A stretch of 60,563 bases of DNA, counting the filler, from Platydemus manokwari (taxonomy: Eukaryota): NCBI GenBank assembly GCA_037951405.1. It is 5 parts of 5 records of this genome, joined end to end, with 100 filler letters (N's around TTAATTAATTAA, not from the genome) between each part and the next. Parts side by side here need not be neighbours in the genome. Positions count along the whole stretch, not along the records: positions 51,774 to 60,563 come from JBBMOY011349649.1; 4 more parts are not named here. One strand, written 5' to 3'. The notes under the pieces are model-generated. The model had not been told where the DNA came from and did not search any database. It saw nothing but the letters and a program-made list of their open reading frames with translations. This document shows, in pieces, positions 52,351 to 60,563 of the stretch. Position 1 is the first letter of the stretch; every line of letters begins with the position of its first letter. The translations under genes were made by a program, and so were the position numbers.

Positions 52351-53490
52351 GTGCAACAGAGAAGGACTCATAAAAAGGCCTACAAAGATCAGTCTACCAC
52401 AATGCGTTTTTGGAAAAGGGGGCAACTGGTATATTTAGATATACTGAACATGAATCACTACTTTTACCTTCTGAGAATAAACATTAAGACAATAAAGAAA
52501 AAACAAATAAAACAATCCTCGAATATTAATGGAAGGTCAAAAGAGGCGAAAAACTGATTTTCATTCCTGACAACTACCCGAATAGATACGTTTGAAATCA
52601 GGAAATCCTTCACTGTGTCTGCGCAATTAAATCACCAAGTAATCTATATCTAGATACAGCCAATGAAGAAAAAGAAAGTAAAGACGGATTTGAATTTATG
52701 GAGACTGTTTAATAACGCTTCGTCTGCTGTCTTTGAATTAGCCGTCCAATCCACAAAAGCTGACTGCTTACCTACCAAAAAAGATTTCGAAAAACATTTC
52801 GTGCAAAAAAGATTCAGAAGACAAATCTTCTTGAATGAAGAGAATCGTCCAAGAGAGGATGTAAAAATTATTGCTCACTAAAGAAACGTATTAAATGGGG
52901 TCAAAACTTTGACTTCAACAAAGTAGTTAGAAATAATTTATGCAATGCTATTCAAAAAGAATCCCTGTGCTCCTGGAGAAAATAAGATAAATTATGAAGA
53001 CCTTCTATATGCACATCCAGAAACAAAAATCATACACAAGATCTTCACACAAATGCCAGATGATCATGAAATACATGCAGAGTGGAAAACATGCACAACA
53101 TTAATGATATTGAAAACTATTGAAGAAGGTCACTATCGGAAAATCAGCTCCTGGCAACTTTTTGCTCTGTACGACTTCTTCTATGCAAACAACCGAGGAA
53201 TTCGATTGATGAAAACAATGATATATCCAGAAGAGCTTAGATCTAGCAAAAAATATATTTCGAAAAATATTGATAATATTCATATAGTACTTTTGGACAT
53301 TAAATCTTGAACCTATGGATTTGACTGAAATTTCCATCAGAATCATGCATTGCCACTATAACCACTGTTAAAGTACTGTTAAATGCTCAGACGATGAAAT
53401 AAAACCAATTAAAGTTGAAAGGGAAGTCCTTCAGGGTGGTATAATATCTATGCTTTTATTTAACATTGCTATCAATCCTATATTAAAATT
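52351..53490 (+). mobile_element. Degenerate non-LTR retrotransposon (RT remnant, probably R2/R4/NeSL-like)
   Basis: Consecutive broken ORFs (52663-52881, 52945-53310) with APGENKINYE, WKTCTTLMILK and YRKIS (RT N-terminal motifs APG.DGI.Y, WK.....LI.K, YRPIS). Then IKVEREVLQGGIISMLLFNIAINPIL at ~53408-53485 (GV.QGDPLSPLLFN motif). Confidence 0.8.
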
Positions 53491-53712
53491 ACCTTGTTGG
53501 AAAAATCATAATTGATGGACGACTATACTTTACAATTGATCACCCATGCGTAATATCTATTAACAAACACACCTTAGATTATTAGGATGTTGGACTATCA
53601 CCCCTTGTTCAAAAGATTCTGGAGTAAATAACCAAGATTCGACAATCGAGAAAGCACTAAAATTGATCAATTTGTTTATTCTGCAAAAATAAACGGAGCA
53701 AACCATGATAAG

Positions 53713-54258
53713 TGTTGGGTATATCATAAATCAATCAAAAGGGTCACAAAAACCAAAGAAAACCCCAAAAAGTGTCAATACACACAGACCCTATAAACAC
53801 ATGTGCCGTTAACCAGCCAGATTCGTTCAAATGTTAATCCATGTTTAGAAGCTAAGAATCGAGAGAAACATACTTACAAACAGCAGCGAGCACAAATATT
53901 AGCAAATGACAAGACAGAAGTAATGAAAATCTCAAGTAAATGGACCCACGAGCAAATTCAGGAAATAAAAATCGAAGATTCTCGACATCAAGTAGACACA
54001 CCCGATAAGTCTTTAAAAAAGGTTGAGTTGCCAGTCATTTTGATCGGTAACTTTAGTATTTAGCTTATATGTGATTTTAGTAATCAGTCTTTTTGATTAC
54101 TTTTAATTCTGTTTTTGACTTTCGGGCTCTGATCCCGTCTTGAATTATTTACTTTGTGAATTGTGAAAAGATTTTCTGTTATTGTTGTTGAGACTTTAAG
54201 TGTAATGTTTTAGTTAATATAAATTTTCATATCTAAATTGTTGATTGATAACACAATA
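53713..54258 (+). mobile_element. Interspersed repeat, solo-LTR-like, copy 2
   Basis: Starts TGTTGGGTATATC and ends GATAACACAATA (imperfect inverted termini). Flanks TAAG/TAGG may be a 4-bp TSD. Homologous to 3931-4473. Confidence 0.6.
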
Positions 54259-55541
54259 TAGGGTAAAGTAAGAGAGAGAATTGAATATTCATCCAAGAAA
54301 ATGTATGCCACATTTTATGTTATTCTTATCAATAGTGAGATAATGATCAAAGTTTAACAAAGACTTGAGAGATGGTTCCAATTATGAAAGGAAAATACAA
54401 AATCGAAGATACGCCAAAATCGCCAAAATAATGTTTATGCAATCGTACCACTTGGAACCCTTTTGACTAATTTGTGATATACCCAACAATATGATTACAT
54501 CTAACAATTTATCAAGGGGCTCAAACTGCGTACAATAACAACTTCATTACCATAATCTGATACCTGATTGCTTTAATTGCACAAAATATAGAATGAAAAC
54601 AAATAAGCCCTATCCAGTTTGTGCAAGGATAATCCATAAACTGTTAGTTACCAGAAATCATTATTAAAACAAGAAAAATATTCTTAGCATGCTGTTGTCT
54701 ACTTAAAAGGCTTTCTTATGACAGTAACGTGTAAAGATGTGGATTGTATTATATTGATATGCGCTGTTATTTCATAGTAAAATTTATTAGATACAACATC
54801 TTTATTAATTTATTCTTATTTTCTGATTATTGATATGAAAAGTAATTACTCTTCATTTACAATCATCGAATATAATCACTTATTGTCGGAGAGAAAGGTT
54901 ATTCTGTAACCAGTTATTTTCAAATGAAGCTCTGATCTGAAGATCAAGTTGGTAAATAAATTCGAATATTCATATAGTACAAACAGTTATTTAAATGATT
55001 AAGTAAAAATATATTTAGGATAAATTCCATTCATAACAAGCAGACAATGAAAATATTAGTTGTTCGATTGCGTTGTAAAACAGTAATTCAAACTGAGATT
55101 TATTCAAAAGGAAAAACAATAACACATCTTACAGCATAAGATTTAAAACTTATCAAAGCAATCAATAAATATTCAAAAAAAGCACCTTTTTAAGATTTAA
55201 TTTGAATTTCAAAATAAATATTTTTGATAAATCTAAAAATTAAAATTTGTGAATAAATTTATTAATTATTTTCAAATATGGATGTATTCACACGACAATA
55301 AAAAATTCAAAACAATTTTAAAGCGGATTTTTATTCACATCTTATCAAATAGGAAGATATCGCCATGATCAGTAATTATTTTAGAAAATATTAATTGTAA
55401 ACGTTAGATACTTTTAAAAATTAAAGCACAGATTAGGAAAATGTACTTCAAAAATAAATATGTTGATAAAAAATTTTCAAAACGAAAGCAGCAATAATTA
55501 AGCAAAAAATATAAAAGTAGTTCTCTATGTCGTTTCAACAT

Positions 55542-57246
55542 CTACTTCTCAGGAGCTTCTGCAGTTTTCTTTTGAACAAATTCTGGTTTCATAGCTGGAA
55601 ACAATAACACTTCTTTGATATTATCCGTGTTAGTCAGGAACATTGTCAATCGATCAATACCAAGACCCCAACCTCCTGTTGGTGGCAAGCCATGTTCCAA
55701 GGCATCCAAAAACACTTCATCGACGTACATTGCTTCATCATCACCAGCAGCCTTATCTTTAGCTTGTTGTTCAAATCGTTCTCTTTGAACGATTGGATCA
55801 TTTAATTCAGTATATGCATTACAAATCTCTTTTTCCAAAACAAAAAGTTCAAATCGTTCAGTGAGTCCAGGAATATCTCTGTGCCATTTGGAAAGTGGAC
55901 TCATTATTTCTGGATGATTCATTATGAATGTAGGATTAACACATTGAACTTCAAGATAATCTCCAACCAATTTGTCTAACAATCGTGAAACAGTTCTCGG
56001 AGCAGGACATTCGACTTTAAAATCAACACATATTTTGTCTAAAGCATCTCTTGCTTCATCTGTTCCCAGGTCTTTAGGATTTGGTAATTTTACATTCAGT
56101 GCTTCTTCCAATCCAGACATCATGTCAATTCTTCTAAATGGTGGAGTGAAATCGACTTCGATATCTTTTCCATTTTTCGTATATTTGAATTTATAATCTC
56201 CTTTAATATGTTTCACTAATCCGGACAACAAATCTTCGGTAATAGTGATCAGATCATTGTAATCAGCATAAGCCATGTAAAATTCTAAAGTAGTAAATTC
56301 TGGATTGTGTGTCAAATCGACACCTTCATTTCGAAATTGTCTTCCGATCTCGTAAACACGGTCCATTCCACCAACAACAAGTTGTTTCAAATACAACTCT
56401 GGAGCGATTCGAAGAAACATATCTAAATTGAAATCATTGTGATGTGTGATGAATGGTTTTGCTGTAGCTCCACCAGGAATCATGTTCATCATTGGAGTTT
56501 CAACTTTAAGGAATCCCATATTGTCGAAAAATTTAATGAGATATTTATTGATTCGAGTTCTATCAGTAAATCTGTCAATGACTTCTGGATTCATCATCAT
56601 ATCCAAATATCTTTGTCGATATCTTGTTTCTTGATCCTTCAATCCATAATGCAAATGTGGAAGCTGTTTCAAACATGGTGCCAATAAGATAACAGTTTTA
56701 GGAATTATGCTGGTTTCTCCTAATTTAGATTTTCCTGGATAACCAACAACTCCAATTATATCACCGCGTTTAATGTTTTCATTCATTTCTTTAAACTTTT
56801 CCATTGATTCGTAAAAGCTAGCATTAGCAAGAACTTGTAATTTGCAATTATTAGATCTAATGTCGAAGAAAACCAATTTCGATCCACTTTCACGTTTGGC
56901 ATATACTCTACCAGCTACAGTAACAACCTCGTCTAAGTGTGTGCCGATTTCAATATTGCCATATCTTGATATGAAAGCATCTAAACTCATTTCAACATGA
57001 AATTTATGAGGAAATGGTTCAGTTCCATTTGATTTCATAGTTTCAATGGCATTTTTTCTAAATTCATTATACTGTTGACTGTCCATCTCATCTTCTTTTG
57101 TAGTTTTTGTAGGCTGTTGTGGAACATTAGCCAATTTAGCTTTTGCTTTCTGTTCCAATTTTAACAGTCTTTTTTGTTCACTAAGGGGAGAGTTAAAAAC
57201 ATTTTAATTATTATAAATTGTACTTTTTACTAATACTTTCCGTCAT
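55542..57246 (-). CDS. KARS1: Lysyl-tRNA synthetase (class II), 2 exons, 553 aa
   Basis: Exon 1 57246-57224, 43-nt intron 57223-57181, exon 2 57180-55542, giving MTESISKNEQKRLLK. OB-fold anticodon domain, [66 protein letters not shown]. Confidence 0.97.
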
Positions 57247-59249
57247 TCTTTTCTAAATGTGTTTTCTTTCAATTTAAACAAATTAGAAATAATAATTATT
57301 TTTGAATTTATTTCTTCTTATGTTAAGCTATACATATTAAAAATTATAATCTGAATTAATTGTAATTAATAATTAATTATTTTCATAAATAGAAATTTAT
57401 TTTTTGTGATATTTATAAATGACTCATTTTTAAACATTTAATTTATTATTATTATTGATTTTTCTGTTATTTTTGTGAAAATAGACGATTATTTCCAATA
57501 AAAAATTTCTATGAAAATATTAAAAGCAATCATTTAAATTGTTTATTAAAATTCTCATTATTTTGTTGATTTTATATTTGAAAAGTTTTTTGTTTTACTT
57601 TACAAATGATTGAATCTAGTTTTATTTTTCTTACGTAGAATGTTTATTGAAAATTGTATCGTTTTGTAAACACATGGAATGTTTTATTGCCAAATTTATG
57701 TAACAATTTTATCTGAAATAATGTTTAAAAGTAATAATTTACGTCAAAGTATATGTAGGAACAAATTGTTATAATTTTTAACTTGAAGTGTTAGGATTTT
57801 TATGGAACAATTTTTGCAATTCCATTGAGGGTATGCCCTTTGAATTAGATAAATAAAAACAATCAAAATAAAGTTCCTCATTAAAAACAAATTCATTACA
57901 AAAAGAATGTTTAATAAAACCTCAGTAGTAGAAACATTGTTGAGAAATTGTATATGTAAAAGTAATTATATTTAGTAAATTCTATAAATGTTTGACATAC
58001 ATCTTAACCATGCCAAATTAAAATTGCATGCTGATTTTAAGTGCTTATGAAAATATCGCGTCACAAATAATTCTAGAAATTTATTTATTTTACAATGACT
58101 CATCGAGGCATTCCTTATATAAGTCCTGACAAACATCTATCGTTGCTACGATTTTATGTCTCCATTATTCTATTAGATGAGTAAATTTAATTAGTCGATT
58201 CAACCAAAATTTAATCCGTGCAATCGATCAAGAGTTTGTTAATGTCCAGTTTAGTTACTGGAAGATCAAACAATGCAAGCGTTAACTTCATTCTAAATTC
58301 AAATTCTAGAATCACTAATATTCATTTACATTTATTTGTCTTGAACAATCGATCCACTACAGAACTACGAAGGGGCATTGCATTGGCAATATTATCCAGG
58401 AATTCTTAAACTCACAAGCGATAGTCATGCTAAAAGTAAATTTACATGATTTTTAGTATTAAGTTTTTTGTATAATTTTGTTGTTATTGTTGCTTGTTAT
58501 TAATATATCTTAGTGTTCCAACTCGACTTTTACTCGAATAACTTATTTATTCATAAATTAGTTGTAAAAGTAATTTTATCGTTTCTAAATAGCACCAAAT
58601 ATATTCTGATATCATTTGATTTTGTCAAGATTCCATTTAAATTTGGAGTTTCAACAGCGTTGTCAAAGAAGCGATTTTGCTGTCATACGTAAGTAATGAT
58701 TGTAGCGGTGCATTTAATTGAGACCTTAAATTTAAATATTCAAGTCAATTATAATTCGTACTAATATTGTCACGCTCATTGACTTCATACAATGAATCTA
58801 GCGCGATACGTAGAAACATCAAAATAGAAAAATGATCTCTTAGTAAAAGAGTTTAATAATTAATTAATCAATAAATTAAGTTAAACCATTATAATTATCA
58901 TATAAATCTAACATTTATGGTTGAGCGGTTTTCAGTACTCTGATTTTGAAAATTTATAATTCATTAATGTCTGTATTGATCAGAAAATCGGCTTTTCTAG
59001 TGTGTGTGTGTATTTTAAAATACTCATTCAAATGAATATCAAAAAGTTTTTCAAACTCATTAAAATTAAAAATAAAAGTTATAATAATCTTATAATATAG
59101 TAAAATGTGTATGTATGATCATGAAATTGCTTATTTTAATTAACAAAGGCTGATAATTAATTATTTAGTTTGTCTTAGTCATAAATAAAAACTAATTGAG
59201 CGAAAATCAATAAATTATCATTGAGTTTAAATTATAAAATTATTTGAAA

Positions 59250-59905
59250 AGGTATTTAAATAGAATGTTAATCCTGAAATAATTGATAGAAATATCTTTA
59301 AATGTTTCGTCACAACAAATATCTTAAAAAAATTATTGATAATAAGTGGCGAAACTTAAAGTAGAAACTACAATGGTGAACTTGATTCCATTCATCACAT
59401 ATCGCAATGATTTCAATTTAGATATGTTTCTTCGAATTACTCCAGAGTTGTATTTGAAATAACTTCTTGTTGGTGAAATAGACCATGTTTACGAAATTGG
59501 AAGACAATTTTGAAATGAGGGTGTCGATTTGACACAATTCAGAGTTTACTACTTTAGAATTTAAATGGCATATGCAGATTGCAATGGCATGATATCACTA
59601 TTACACAGGATTCATTGTCTGAATTAGTGAAACATCTTAAAAGTTGGGGATTTGGTATTGACCGATTGACAATGTTTCTAGCTAACAGTGACAATATTAA
59701 AGATATGAAACCAGAATTTGGTCAAACGAAAACTATCGATGTCACAGAACCAGCTAAGTACTTATATATTTAAAAATATAATGCACTATACACATCTAAT
59801 TATTAGATTTCTTCGTTCCGAATTATTTAAATATCTGTTTATATTTTGTAAGTTTTCAAAATTATTTTTACCAACTATATGTTTTTTGAGAACATTTATC
59901 TGATC
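59250..59905 (+). pseudogene. Partial inverted lysyl-tRNA synthetase pseudogene
   Basis: Homology runs from RYL...NPEIIDR through LKVET...[46 protein letters not shown], then jumps from LVKHLK to [12 protein letters not shown]...MKPEF. Two premature stops, frameshifts and three internal deletions; weak similarity continues into the 3' flank. Confidence 0.92.
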
Positions 59906-60488
59906 AATAAGTTGTTTAAAATTAGAATGTACAAAAATAAATCCAATGTACAACATATTTTGCATAATGCTAACAAACCATACGTGTTAAGTGAGGTCCC
60001 TCCAGAATTGAACGAGTTCCAATCGACTGTGTCTATTTTAAATTATTCAAAGTTAAAAACAGGAAATTAACTAAAACACTTTCTATTTAATAAATCTTTA
60101 ACATCACTCTTATACAAGAAATGTAGCATGAACACAATGATAACCTAATTTTAATATTCATAAATCGCGGCCCGCGTTCCGATTCTTACGTTGATTTTAC
60201 ATAACTCATAATTCAGTGTTGTCAGATACTATTACTTATTTATCGATCTACAATGCAACCGTGACTACACCTGTTGTATTACTAGTAATATTCTTGGTAT
60301 AGCAAGCATTCTATACTTTCATAATTGCTAAGTTAACCGGAAATACACTACAGTATCAAACTAATTCTTATAATTTGATTCTTGTTGAAGAGGATAATTT
60401 CTCATTTTAAAAATTCTTTATATACCGATTATCAATACTGAGTTACTGTAGAATTCAAAAAATATATCGACATATTGCTCAAGTTTCC

Positions 60489-60489
<1 letters not shown>

Positions 60490-60563
<74 letters not shown>
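60490..60563. repeat. (ATT)n microsatellite running to the window end
   Basis: Perfect TAT/ATT run of about 24 units. Confidence 0.95.

Noticed and set aside
53803-54063. 86-aa ORF
   Set aside because: Lies inside the LTR-like repeat; the homologous copy near 4.0-4.3 kb has stops in this frame.
55972-56687. Plus-strand ORFs overlapping KARS
   Set aside because: Antisense shadows of the LysRS coding sequence.
51774-60563. (AAT)n and (ATT)n at opposite ends of the last segment, resembling terminal inverted repeats or telomeres
   Set aside because: AAT microsatellites are common here and are typical assembly break points; the enclosed DNA is an ordinary housekeeping locus.

Overview
AT-rich eukaryotic (animal) genomic DNA with many very short GT-AG introns (42-61 nt). 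Composition, intron sizes and gene families suggest a triclad flatworm (planarian), but this is inference. Four identical 100-nt spacers (N44-TTAATTAATTAA-N44, stops in all six frames) split the window into five pieces, so adjacency across them is unproven. Hand-spliced gene models: two tandem genes for small secreted Cys-rich peptides, absent from the ORF track; a 7-exon ZIP11/SLC39A11 zinc transporter tail-to-tail with the last exon of ERCC6/CSB; a 3-exon Rho kinase (ROCK); two inverted paralogous intronless orphan rhodopsin-like GPCRs with conserved promoters; a 12-exon, 735-aa annexin whose N-terminal 415 aa carry two DZANK1-like domains; and a lysyl-tRNA synthetase with a neighbouring inverted pseudogene. 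Intergenic DNA holds decayed mariner, hAT, piggyBac-type, solo-LTR-like, non-LTR and Polinton-like relics. The best candidates for novelty are the 7-Cys peptide pair and the DZANK1-annexin chimera. Homology calls rest on recalled family motifs, not database searches.
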